Source of the DNA: Neophaeotheca triangularis
Lineage: Eukaryota
Reading direction: 5' to 3'
DNA length: 64,000 nt
NCBI GenBank assembly: GCA_054600435.1
Contig: BAAIJX010000011.1
Span: forward strand, 62,001-126,000
Shown: positions 22,825-34,526 of the stretch, piece by piece
Position numbering within the stretch: position 1 is the first letter of the stretch
How the letters are laid out: each line of letters begins with the position of its first letter
The notes under the pieces: model-generated
What the model saw: the letters and a program-made list of their open reading frames with translations, nothing else
Told to the model about the DNA's origin: nothing
The model's database searches: none
Translations under genes and position numbers: made by a program

Positions 22825-23217
22825 CTTGTCTGGTTTTCAGAAAAAGGGAGAGAGCATGAAGTGGTGGGAGGCACGATCATTTATGTTATCCTACTATTAC
22901 TGCCTACCTTGCCTTTATATTGCGTCCATCAACGTCAGCTGTGGCAGTGAGCTCCTCTGTGTTGTAGCTTCTGGGTTGAACTGACCGTTCTGTCTTTTAA
23001 TGCGGGGAGATCTCTGGGGAATGGAAGGGTTAGGTTGATATTGACTTCGTCACTGTGCAGATCGAACCCCATGAACTTCCAAGGTTGAGTTGCGAAGCTT
23101 GGCAGGAACACCTCCCGAGGTGGAGAAACCACTCAAGCCTTCGAGACAAGACATATTAAGCAGCAGTCATTAGAATACAGGTCCATACCTACCTATACAA
23201 TCATCTCATCAGAAACA

Positions 23218-24078
23218 ATGGCCCACGCAGAATCTTCCGGCCAAGGCTTCTCGAAGGTCGAAACCAAACTCGACCACGACCCCAAACCAATCGAAACCGC
23301 CCGCTTCACAACCCAAGCACAGAACCCCCTAAATGGTCTCCTGATCTTCTCCCACGGCGCCGGCGGCGACATGACCTCGCCAGCCGTAACCAACTTCGCC
23401 GCGGGCTTCGCCCCGCACCTGGACCTCATCACCTTCAACAGCCCCACCAGCCTACCAGCCCGGACAAAGCAATTCGCCACCCTACTAACCACAGAGTCCG
23501 CCAGCAACCGCGAAATCGTCCTCGGCGGCCGCAGCATGGGCGCCCGCGCCGCCGTCATGGCAGCCACCGAGCACGTCGGCACTTGCAGCAAGCGCCTGGT
23601 CCTCGTCTCGTACCCGCTGCACACGGAGAAGCACGGGACGTTCGAGATGCGGGACGGGATCTTGCTCGATTTGCCGGCAGAGTGCGAGGTCTTGTTTTTG
23701 AGTGGCGAGCGTGATAGTATGTGCGAGCAGTCGCGGTTGGCGGATGTGAGGGGGAGGATGCGGGCGAGGAGTTGGGTCGTGGTTGTTAGGGGGGCGAATC
23801 ATACTATGGAGATGAAGCCTGGGTCGGCGACGGGGGCGGTGGGGGCTTTTACGGGGGAGGTGGCTGCGAGGTGGTTGGCGGGAGAGGGGAGGGGGGCGAG
23901 GGAGAGTGAAATTGAGTGGCATTCTGCGCATGGTGAGGCGAGGTGGAGTGCTGCTGAGAAGGGGGAGGGGCATCATGGTTTTGGTGCTGCGCTTAAGGGG
24001 TTTAAAGAGCGGTTTTCGAAGCATGAGGGGAAGGGGGAGGATGTTTCCAGTAGAACGCGGAGCCAGACTGATAAGTGA
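23218..24078 (+). CDS. Alpha/beta hydrolase, TEX30/KANSL3-like
   Basis: HGAGG oxyanion motif, GGRSMGAR nucleophile, VSYPLH, SGERD, ANH. Confidence 0.85.
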   Translation: MAHAESSGQGFSKVETKLDHDPKPIETARFTTQAQNPLNGLLIFSHGAGGDMTSPAVTNFAAGFAPHLDLITFNSPTSLPARTKQFATLLTTESASNREIVLGGRSMGARAAVMAATEHVGTCSKRLVLVSYPLHTEKHGTFEMRDGILLDLPAECEVLFLSGERDSMCEQSRLADVRGRMRARSWVVVVRGANHTMEMKPGSATGAVGAFTGEVAARWLAGEGRGARESEIEWHSAHGEARWSAAEKGEGHHGFGAALKGFKERFSKHEGKGEDVSSRTRSQTDK

Positions 24079-24212
24079 AAGTCAAGGTATTTATCATCGA
24101 CGAGAGACCTGGCACGTTACCATACATTTTGGATCGAATCATTCGAGCCGCGCCTCGATTTCTGCTCGGACTATCCGCTTGCTCGTTTTGAGATGAATTG
24201 CTAGCCAATCTT

Positions 24213-25544
24213 TCATGCCCTCACGGTCGTAGTCACCCCCGCCTCCGTCACCGTCGTTGTCTTCCACATAGTAATCGCATCCGGATTGATCGGCTCAATC
24301 GTAATCCCCGGAATACTGGCCGAAGTGCTCGCTGAAACCTCAAAACTCTCCAGACTACTTGAAAGTGTAGCTGGAGGCTCTAACTCCAAAGCAGGGAGGT
24401 CTGTCTTGGCGTTGTGGGTTGTCGATGGGGTTTGAGTGCTTTCCGAGACCCAGGGATAGGCTGGTGGCGATGCGTCCTCTGTTGGCCATGCAGGGCTTGA
24501 AGCGACTCCTGTTGTACTCGTCGGTGACTCTGCTGGATAAGATTGCTCCGGGTATGAAGGAGGTGGAGGTTGCACGGTAGTGTTCTCGCCCTCTCCCAAA
24601 ACGGTGCTGCTGTCGCTTTCCTCAGCATACTCGGGCTCATGCGTTGTCGTAGACAGTAGCTGCGGCTCAGTGATGGGAGTCGTGCCGTACATAGAGACGG
24701 TCAGGACGCCGCCTGTCTCCCCGCCGTAACCGATCGCAGTAGGTGTGGACGATGTCGTCTCCGCCGATTCGATCGAACTGTAAGGCGAAAACGTGAACAA
24801 TCCGCCGGTTGAAGTGGCCTCACTAGTAGTGGATGCAGTGTGGCTAGAGATCTTTGCCTCCGTACTTTGCCACAGCTTCGTGTAGGAAGTGGCCCCATCT
24901 GACGCATCATGGTACCAAACATAAGGCGGCAGCGATGTCTCTTGACCATCAACCTCTTGAGTGGGATTCCATGTCCCGCTGACGAACGTCGTGGCGCGGG
25001 TGGATGGTATCGTGGTGTAGTTCGTCGCCGCAATACTACTACTCTGCAGACTGCTCCCTTCTGATGCATAAGGCCCTACGGTAGTGTACCGAGTCAAGGT
25101 CGATGTGGAATCTGGGTGCGTGGTGGAGCTGAGCTGCTGGCTGGCGTTGTCGCTTTCTGTGGCGGTCGGATACGCTGGAACTTGAAACTGCGATATCGAC
25201 GGACTCGGCGATGTCTCACTGCTGGGTGGAAGCGGATCGTAGCTCAGCTTGTAAGACATTGTGGATGATGTGTGGTAGGTAGTGTTTGCGGTTTGACTTG
25301 AAAATTGGCTCATGCTCAGAAGAGAGTTCTCGATCGCAGCCAATGACTCCTGGCCATAGCTTGCTGTCGTTTCTGCCCTGCTCACTGAATCCACGATCGC
25401 CGCAGAGGCTGTAGCTAAAGATATGCTGCTAATACCTGCTGCTGTAGGCGTTGTTGTGGTGGTATTGACGTATCGTGGAAGGGGACCTGCGATAACTCCC
25501 TGAGCTAAGGCGATGAAAGCTGTGAGGGCTGTGAATGTAGACAT
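24213..25544 (-). CDS. Secreted Ser/Thr-rich protein of unknown function
   Basis: Signal-like MSTFTALTAFIALAQGVIAGP at 25544; long stop-free S/T/P/E-rich frame. Confidence 0.7.
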   Translation of the reverse strand: MSTFTALTAFIALAQGVIAGPLPRYVNTTTTTPTAAGISSISLATASAAIVDSVSRAETTASYGQESLAAIENSLLSMSQFSSQTANTTYHTSSTMSYKLSYDPLPPSSETSPSPSISQFQVPAYPTATESDNASQQLSSTTHPDSTSTLTRYTTVGPYASEGSSLQSSSIAATNYTTIPSTRATTFVSGTWNPTQEVDGQETSLPPYVWYHDASDGATSYTKLWQSTEAKISSHTASTTSEATSTGGLFTFSPYSSIESAETTSSTPTAIGYGGETGGVLTVSMYGTTPITEPQLLSTTTHEPEYAEESDSSTVLGEGENTTVQPPPPSYPEQSYPAESPTSTTGVASSPAWPTEDASPPAYPWVSESTQTPSTTHNAKTDLPALELEPPATLSSSLESFEVSASTSASIPGITIEPINPDAITMWKTTTVTEAGVTTTVRA

Positions 25545-26640
25545 GTTTTGTTGCTGCCTTGACAACATGAAAGAATGAGCTGTGATTATTAGAACTAACG
25601 CAAAGGCCCAGCCTAAATGCAAGAAAGCAGTACAAAACAAAAGAGATAGGAAATGCTACCGGTAGCGAGTGATTTAGGAGAGGGTGAACGGAGAAGTTGA
25701 TGGAAGGTAAAGACAACCTAAGAGATGGTCTGCCCTTGTCTTTCCAGAGACATCTCGCACTGCCCCCAAGCTCAGGCATCCTTACCATGCATGTTTCGAG
25801 CGTCGTAGTCCTTTTGTCGAATGGCTTGAACACCACGTCTCTCTTCGCGAGCTGTGCAAGGTCTATTATGTTTGCAGAGCGCGTCGAGAGGTGCTCGAGA
25901 CAAGGTCGCTGGCGGTTCTGCTTCAGACGTTCGTGCCAAGGTCAAACAGCCGACGTTGATTGGCTGGATGTTTTTGGGAAGACATCAAACGTCGCTTTGC
26001 TGCCGTGTTTAGTCTCGATGCTACCTCCTATGCTGAGCCAGACATTGCAATACTGGCCGTGTAGCGTGCGCTTGGTAAAAGAGAGCACGATCAATGGATG
26101 AAGTAAGATGAGGTTTAAGGCGCATCTCGCGTTCGGCATAGTCGGAAAGAGTTCGCCCGACCTTCAAGACGGCGCATCATCCACCGAGCTAGGTACCTAG
26201 GTAGGTATCCCTCTGCCATACTAGTTACTGACCCCCTCCTACAACCCCAAACTCTGAATAGCGTAAGGTTAGGTAGGATGTTAACGGAAAAATCCCACAG
26301 TATTCCCCGCACGTTTGCAATCCCCTTGTAGATCTTACCCAGAAACGGTAATGTAGGAGACACGAGAGCGTCCGAGAACCAGCTGGAGGTCATCCGCGTG
26401 CCATGGCGGGTATCTGGATGCATACGCCATACTAGCTTCATACGGCAACGGGACCATTGTCTGCGATACCTGGAGTGCCAATGCGTAGATCTCCGCAGCA
26501 AGCGTCCCAAAATACGTGGGTTTCTGCGTCCAGATAAAAGCCATCAGTTCCCGACGACTTAGCTTGCCGGGTTGGCATTGCTTCGCTCTTGCAAGCTTCT
26601 CTTCCCCAAGCCTACCTCGCCTTCCCAACTTTTCGTCAAC

Positions 26641-28326
26641 ATGGGGCAGTACTATACCTTGGGGATTGCTCTCTTCGCTGCCATCGGAACCTTTCTGTTT
26701 GGCTTCGATACTGGCATCGCCACTACCACTATCGCACACGAGTCATGGATCGAGTACATGAACAACCCGTCCAAAGGTCTGACTGGCTCAGTGGTCGCAA
26801 TTTATATTGCTGGAGAAGCATTGGGAGCCTTATGCCAGACCTTCCTAGGTGATAGGCTTGGTCGTATTCGCTTTATGCAAATGATGTGTATCATCGTTAC
26901 AGTAGGCACTGTGATTCAGACGGCTTCTGTCAACATTGGTAAGTACCACTCGGTGTGAATGCAAGATCCCAGAGCTGAAAAGGAAGAAAGGCATGTTCCT
27001 GGCCGGTCGCGGACTTGCTGGCTTTGCTGTCGGTGGCATGGTTGCTACTGTACCCATCTATCTCAGCGAGATTGCAGCACCAAAAGACAGGGGCCTGATC
27101 GGCGGTATCTCTGGTTGCGGCATATCCTTTGGCACTATGATGTCGAACTGGGTCGGTTTCGCTTGCTCGTACGCGCCGTACGGACCAACCCAGTGGCGTT
27201 TGCCTCTCGGTATCCAGATCCCTTGGGGAATCATCATGTTTGTCGGCCTGGCCACCTTCATGCCACACTCTCCTCGACAATTGATCCGGTCTGGAAAAGT
27301 TGAGCAGGCACGCATTGCCTTCATCCACGCTCGGCGTGATCTGCAGTCGCACGAGGCGCATGAAGAATTCTCTCTCATGAGGTCTCAAATCCAGTTCGAA
27401 ATGGAGCGCGAAGTCACTTCGATCAAGGAGATGTTCAAGTTGTTCAGGCATAGAGCACTCGTTAGCATTGCGGTCCAAACAATGACGTCTCTTACAGGTA
27501 AGGCGCTAGACATCCATCGCTATTGGTGTAATGCTTACTTTCGATTAGGCGTCAACGTGATCCAGTACTATCAAACGATTTTGTATGAATCGCTCGGAAT
27601 GGGCCCAAAGACAATCTTGGCACTTGCCAGTGTCTACGGCACCCTCGCTTTTGCCTCCAACGCCATCACAACGAAACTTCTGACCGATAGATGGGGCCGT
27701 CGTCCCATGATCCTCACCGGTCTGGCAGGCATTGTCCTAATCGAGATATATGCCGCGGTGATGCAGCGTGAATTCCAAGATACAGACAATCAAATTGGCA
27801 AGGGCTTTGCAGTCCTCGGGATCTATCTCTTCGTCGTGACCTACTGTGAGTTGCACGGTCCAGAGTTTCGGAGAAAGCTGCAACTAACCATCATTAGACG
27901 GTCTGTTAAACTCTACTACCTGGTTGTACGGATCCGAGGTCCTGCCGATCTCTCTTCGTAGCAAAGTAATGGGACTGGCGGCAGCGTCCCATTTCATTGT
28001 CAACGTTGGTATAACAGAAGCCGGGCCTTCGGCATTCGCGAACATCGAAGAGAATTACTACTACGTCTTCGTGGCGTGTTCACTGTTCTTCTTAATCATC
28101 GCGTACTTTTATTTCCCGTAGGTCATCCCAGGGCATCCACATCGAGACTCCAGGCTGCATAGAGAGATGCTAACGCTCGCGAAGTGAGACCAAGAACAAG
28201 TCCCTGGAGGAAATTGCCGCCGCATTTGGGGACAAGGTTGTGGAACTGACGGATACCGAGGTTGCTGCAGAACAGCAGGTGATGGAAGAGAAGGCTGCAA
28301 TTGATCACCTCGAGAAGCGAGGGTAG
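26641..28326 (+). CDS. MFS sugar porter family transporter, 5 exons
   Basis: Exons 26641-26938, 26991-27497, 27549-27845, 27898-28117, 28185-28326; LFGFDTG, DRLGR, PIYLSEIA, QTMTSLTGVNVIQYY, DRWGRR, PETKNKSLEEI. Confidence 0.92.
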
Positions 28327-28822
28327 CAGCCCGCAGCAAGAGATGGAGCAGAAGGCCGAAGACAGATGATCACTCGGAGGAGTAAAGCTATTCGTCTTGC
28401 GGCGCCGTGAGTCCGGGAATTCTGCCATTGGCAACCCATTGAGAGCCATAGGATATCGTAGCAGACAGTATCCGGACGTTGTCGTTCCGCTGCCTTGCTC
28501 TACCAAGTCTTGCTAGAGACGTCTTGCACGTCCCACTGAACAGGTCCACCCAGTCGCAGATTTAGCCGCCTCCCCGAGCCGCGTCGGTCATGTATTGAGT
28601 ATCATCGAATAGTAATAATATCGGCGAGGAATTGTTGTTTAATACCTTACTGTACCTTGCGACTTTGATACCCGCCTCCACAGGAAACAACTTTGAGTGG
28701 AGAGAAGCACTGACCACCGTAATCAAGCGGACCAATTACAGCCGACCTATAATCCAACTTCGTAACTTCGTAACATCGTTGATGCGACTGCGCAAACGCA
28801 TCACATCCCACACTACACCACA

Positions 28823-29833
28823 ATGGCATCCAAGATAGCACCATGGGCGCTTCGCACCAGCGTAAGAGCTGCCAGAAATGCGCCAAAGATTCAGCGCCGC
28901 TCCTTCCAAGTCACGGCAGCCCCCAGGAGCGAGACCCTCAATGTGGTCAGTCGTCGCCTCCTCCATACCGCACGCCTCCTAGAAGCATACTAACGGACGT
29001 CCAGCACCGCGACACCCCCGATAACAACCCTTCGATCCCTTTCAAATTCAACGCCATCAATGAGAAGCTCATACAAGAGGTGCTGAGCCGGTATCCGAGC
29101 CAGTACAAGAAGGCGGCGGTAATGCCATTGCTCGACTTGGGGCAGAGGCAGCATGGATTCACAAGCATCAGCGTCATGAACGAGGTGGCTAGGATTCTGG
29201 AGATGCCGCCCATGAGAGTTTACGAGGTGGCCACTTTCTACACAATGTACAACCGCAACCCCGTGGGAAGGTTCCACGTGCAGTGCTGCACGACGGTGAG
29301 TGACGGACACTTGAGTGTGGAGTGCGCGGATGGTTGGGCTGACAGAATCAAAGACCCCGTGCCAGCTGAAGGGTAGCGACGGTATCATGAAAGCCATTGA
29401 GGACAAGCTTGGCATTCACCACGGCGAGACTACCGAGGACGGCATGTTTACGTTTACGGAGGTGGAATGTCTGGGCGCCTGCGCAAACGCCCCCATGGTG
29501 CAGATCAACGACGACTACTTCGAGGACTTGACCCCTGAGACCACTCAGTCCCTGCTTGGTGCTCTCAAGGAAGCTGCGGAAAAGACCGGTGCTGGTGGCC
29601 TCGCACCTGGTCTGCCAGGAGACGCCGGTCAGGAGCAAGTCTCTGGTGAGGGTGCAGGCAGCGGAACTTCTATTCCGGCACAGGGCAGGGCGTATGCCGC
29701 CCAGGGTGTAAAGATGCCTACTCCTGGGCCCCTCAGTGGACGTAAAACCTGTGAGCCCAAGCAGGGCCTGACATCGCTCACTGATGTGCAGCCGTGGAGC
29801 GAGGACAAGATGAGGAAGGATGGCGAACTATAG
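28823..29833 (+). CDS. NADH:ubiquinone oxidoreductase 24 kDa subunit (NDUFV2/NuoE type), 3 exons
   Basis: Exons 28823-28945, 29005-29295, 29354-29833; Arg-rich presequence, [37 protein letters not shown] 2Fe-2S motifs. Confidence 0.95.
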
Positions 29834-30748
29834 ATTGTACAGCTGTAAAATACCATGAGGGAATTGCTAGTGGCTCCCATCAAGCTCGTCGGTAAGGAAG
29901 GTCTTGCAGTAAGTTATGTGGGTGATTTCGCAGCGTTGGCTTCTCTTTCCTGAGAAGGGGTGCTTTGTTTTTCATGATTGCTCTTCATATCTATCTGCGC
30001 TTGGGAAATGTCGGTATGCTACCAATGGCAGTGTCGCGAAGAAGGCTTTGGAGCTGGTAGCCAGTGAAAAGAGCTGCCTTTCTTGCAGCAACCCTGCCCC
30101 TGCTGCCTTTCGAGCGAGCGTGAAGAGCTGCTGTAGAAATGGTATTCCTTGGTATGTGTATCGTTCCTTGGTATGTACTCTTGCCTCGCACATCTGTTGC
30201 TACGGCTCTTTCCACCCGGACCCCTTCAGCCCCTTCCCACCAGGCTGTCGTCTGCCCATCCACCGCTGCCTTGCCTTCACGAACTCCCCTCTGGTCCATC
30301 AAGGTGACACTGCCCATCCACGCTCCTTCCTCACTGAAGCGCTTGGCGACGCGCTGCGGCGTTTGCCGAAGGAGTCATGGCAATTCGTTGAGGGCGTGAT
30401 TACCGCATTGGGCCTCCCTGCCTTCTCTAACCGGTCGCTGTACACGAATCTGCCCACGAATTCACAAAAACAACCCGCTAACGCCTTGCCGAGCCGAAAA
30501 CAGCGTCACATTCACGGTCCATTGCGCATGTTGCGTTTGTCACCGTTCTTGGCAGTGCATGTCTTAGTGGCCCCTGCTCAGCGAGAACAAAACCAGGCTC
30601 CCTCTCCTGCAATTCCTTCGACCTCTTCTCCTCCTACAACAACAACCACCACTCTCACCTACCATCTCCACCTTCTACCATACCATCCACCACACTCACC
30701 CACCCACACACATACCAACAACAAACGTTTCTCTCTCTCATCCTCAAC

Positions 30749-31487
30749 TTGAAGTTCTCTTCCGTCATCCTCGCCACCATGGCCGGCCTCACCTCCGTTA
30801 TGGCTGCTCCCACCTTCGTCAACGCCGACGCCATCAGCCATGGTATGGCCTTCACCTTCACTCAACTCACAACCAACAGCAAATCATACTAACCCACCCT
30901 CCAGAGCTGGTCGCTCGTCGTTGTGGCCCCAACTTCCGCTGGTGCAAGAAGGAGGAGGACTCCGCCATCACCGACGGTAAGCTTCCACTTCTTCAACATT
31001 ACCGACTTTTCACTTGCTAACTACTAACTTCTCAGACCTCGTCAAGCGCCGCTGCGGCCCAAACTTCCGCTGGTGCAAGAAGGACGCCGAGGCTGAGGCC
31101 GACATCGTCAAGGGTTAGGCGTCACTGCTTTCACTTTTCCAGGCCATCAGCATTGCTAACTTCTCTCAAAGACCTCGCCACTCGCGCCATCGACGAGGGT
31201 GATCTTGACGAGGAGGCTCACGTCATCGACCACGAGATCTTCGCTCGCCGTTGTGGCCCCAACTTCCGCTGGTGCAAGAAGGACACCGAGGATGAGGCCG
31301 ACTACGGTATGCAACTCAACATTACTTGACTCATTCTCACTCCAACTCTATACTCACACACTTTACAGAGCTCACCAAGCGTCGTTGCGGTCCCAACTTC
31401 CGCTGGTGCAAGAAGGACGCTGACGACGTCGAGGCTGAGGCCGACCTCACCAAGCGCCGCTGCGGCCCCAACTTCCGTTGGTGCTAG
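30749..31487 (+). CDS. Secreted Kex2-processed repeat precursor (KEP) with five CGPNFRWC cores, 5 exons, 165 aa
   Basis: Exons 30749-30842, 30905-30976, 31036-31113, 31172-31306, 31369-31487 (GT-AG introns of about 60 nt with CTAAC/CTCAC branch sites) give (L/M)KFSSVILATMAGLTSVMAAPTFVNADAISHELVARR-CGPNFRWC-KKEEDSAITDDLVKRR-CGPNFRWC-KKDAEAEADIVKDLATRAIDEGDLDEEAHVIDHEIFARR-CGPNFRWC-KKDTEDEADYELTKRR-CGPNFRWC-KKDADDVEAEADLTKRR-CGPNFRWC*. Confidence 0.92.
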
Positions 31488-32351
31488 GTTTTTACCTACA
31501 CAACCCAACACACCTTCGGCTCAGACACCCAACTTCTCCTTCGCCAAGCAATGACCGCCGCTACTTTTTAGGTCATTGCCAACTTTCTTCACGATGGATT
31601 GAGGATGGGATGCAAGGGCACAACACTTCGATGAGCTACGAGCTCACACCACTGGCGTTACTGTTTCAGATGATGGCTTGGGACAGCGCCTCAGATTGTG
31701 CATAGCTTTGTACATAGCGCAACCCTTTCTCATCATCAAATTACTTCTTCTCATTGTGTGCTTTGTCTACTGCCGTTGTTTGATATTGACCTGCCGTCCC
31801 CCTCCTACGTAAAGCCATCTTGTATTATTTGCCATCCTCAGGCTACCTTTCATTTGAGCTATGGCCCTGAAGAATTACTTTGTCTCCCCACCGCCGTTCT
31901 CCAACGCCGTTCTCCAAGACACCTGTACTGACCTGGTCTGCTTCGTGCAAGGCGCTGAGATACACGTGACCCGGCTAGTTACATCCCCTTTCTTACTTTC
32001 TTCTTTCAACTTCTCCCGACCTCTGCTCGTCGACACTCAAGAACCCTGAAAACGCTCTGCCGCTTCGAAGCAAGACTGTGTCACGTATGCAACCCCTATG
32101 ACCTACGGTCTCAACAACCGACCCCAACAATCGAAGTTCACTTGCATGCATAGTCTTACCGGTGAAGTGATCATTGCGTTCCCGGCGCCCGGGGTTTCAG
32201 AACGAAGGATTAATCTAATGATTCTTCCGCTTCACTCACCTCAATCTCAGTCGTCGAACCGCCGTCCCCGATTTGACAGTCTCGGTTAGCGTCTTTCGCA
32301 GCCCTACACAAACCTGATCGGTACCATGACCGCCACCGACATCGATTCGCC

Positions 32352-33266
32352 ATGGCGAACCAAAGACCCGAGTTCAAACCCGACCCAGCAGACGAAGAGA
32401 AGACCTCGGAACAGGAGAATACGCCGGTATCCCTAGAATTCGAGGTCAATCGAGAGCTGATAGATAGCAGGGCCAAGGTTCCTACTTCTTCCGCGCCTCG
32501 TTATATCGTGTCGAGGGGCTCCGCTGACTTGAATCAGGACCGACGTATACTCGAACTGGAGCGGGAATTGGAAAAAAAGGTGATTGATTACGATTACAGG
32601 TTATAGGTAGGTTACTGACGTTGCAACAAACTCTAGGACACGGAACTTTCGAACCTGCGAACGTCGCAAGCACGCCAAGAGGTCGACAAATTGACGCAGC
32701 AAGTCAACGATCTCAAGCAATCCGAGCGTGAACTCAAGGCCGGCAAAGTGACTCTGCTAGAAAGTCTGGACGGCCTTGCGGCAGGAAACTGCTCGAGGCG
32801 CGACGAGACCCTCATCAATTTGACTTCTAGTTCGACGAGAGCCGAAGAGAAGCTGAGCAAAGTGACGACTGATGAAGTTCCAAGACTGAAGGGAGATATT
32901 GAGCGGTTGTCGAATGTAGAGGAGGAGATGAACAATGAGAGAAGGAGAGCAACCAGTCTCCAGTCCTCTGTTGAACGGTTACAAAGGTCAGTCGATGCCA
33001 TTGGTGACGGAGTGGAGGCAATGAACACAAGCATGGTCCACGTGTTCAAGTCGAAGAAGACGGCTGGGATGGAGACGATCAACAAGATGACCATGCCAGG
33101 CTTGAGTGAGGTTTTAGGGCAAGAATGGGCGTCGCAGAAGCTTTCACGTTGCTTGGACGCTAGGGTCGGTCTACTCACGATCAATTGGCAACACAGATCA
33201 AGAATTGCTAGAACCACGACGTGTCGAAGGCATAGTCTCTTCGATCGACCTTCTAAACCACGTTAA
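32352..33266 (+). CDS. Hypothetical coiled-coil protein, 2 exons (3' end uncertain)
   Basis: Intron 32580-32636 (GTGATT...CTGAC...TAG) joins ORF 32352 in frame to ORF 32691; E/K/L heptad-like composition. Confidence 0.5.
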
Positions 33267-33821
33267 AGGTTAGGTGCATGCTCCCAAATCCCAGCAAGAG
33301 GGTGTCAATTATTTCTCTCCTTGTAACGCTCCTTGGAAGCCTCGAACGAGTTGACGTTGAAGTTTGAATTCCTCTGGCTCCACTTTGGATGCCCAGTTCG
33401 TCAACATATGAATCAGCACATTCGACCCCAGACGCACAGATTGGAGATCTGTAACGTACCTTTCCTTCAATGCGTCGCTGCTCAAGTAAGTGGTGGAGAC
33501 TGTTGGTCGCACTGCTGCACACAATCGGTACCTATCAAATCTTCATCCATGATGCTAAAGTGAAAGGGCGACGAGCAAGTAATTGCATTCGACAGTCCCG
33601 AGGGTGCCAAGTACATAAATGAGCTACATCTCTCGGTTTACCGTTCTCATCGTCGTCTTCGTCGCCCTCATCCCGTCATTGGAGGTTCGCAAGCTTGGAT
33701 GTAGATCGTGTTCGCTTTTCGCAGTAGAGATGAGCTGGATGGTCGTCGTATAACCTTTTATCAGTCAATCGACGAGTATCGCAAGTGATTACTCTGGGGC
33801 TCTTAAACTGCAGACCACGAC

Positions 33822-34526
33822 CTATTTTCCTTTCAGGGTAAAGAGATCAGCTTTTATGTCCTCCGCCGTCTCGGCGGCGCACTCCTCGTCTGCCCTGGCC
33901 TTCGCATCGATGCGCTCTTCGTAGGCCTCGTTCATGGCATCGATACGCTCCCGGTAAGACTTGGCTGCAACCTCGTCGTAGTCCTCGCAGATTTGCTGGC
34001 TTCTGTTAGATGTCGTTCGGAACGGACCTGAGTGATGTCTCCAAAGACTTTTCGTCTTACGGTGTAACTTGTCGATGGCTCCCTTGGCCTCCTCCTGGCC
34101 TCGATCAATTTCTCGTGGCAAGGGCAAGTCTGCGACGCTATATAGCTTTTCGTATTCTGTTTCCACGCGGTTGATCATGCGATCCATCTGTTCGTGTCCC
34201 GCTTTGACCGTGATCACGGCATCCTTGTACCCCTTGACGAGCTCAAGATACTTGGGCGGCTCAGTGTCGACACGGCGGCTAAGAAAGTTGCGGCAGTCAG
34301 TGAGAAACCGATCAGCATCGAATCTATCGACAATTACCAACCGCTTGGCAGGCTTGGAGCTCGAAATTGTTTCACTTTGCTCTCGATCTCCCTCGATCGT
34401 TTGGAAATCTGGATTCCGGGGCCGGGGGCGCCGCGGAGGTCCGGAGGAGGATCTGGGGGGAGGATTCCTGGCCCCAGGAGAGCCTGTCGTGGTGGCATAG
34501 TTGCATGGCGTCTTTGCTACGTTGAA
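33822..34526 (-). CDS. Hypothetical helical protein or gene remnant (no upstream ATG found)
   Basis: Frame open from 34526 to TAG 33822; charged helical composition with an internal repeat (YRERIDAMNE/YEERIDAKAR). Confidence 0.35.
   Translation of the reverse strand, partial: FNVAKTPCNYATTTGSPGARNPPPRSSSGPPRRPRPRNPDFQTIEGDREQSETISSSKPAKRLVIVDRFDADRFLTDCRNFLSRRVDTEPPKYLELVKGYKDAVITVKAGHEQMDRMINRVETEYEKLYSVADLPLPREIDRGQEEAKGAIDKLHRKTKSLWRHHSGPFRTTSNRSQQICEDYDEVAAKSYRERIDAMNEAYEERIDAKARADEECAAETAEDIKADLFTLKGK

Noticed and set aside
23055..23145. Possible tRNA or structured ncRNA (GGTTCGATC on the minus strand, CACCTC/GAGGTG hairpin)
   Set aside because: The T-stem does not pair and no cloverleaf can be drawn; short stems could be chance.
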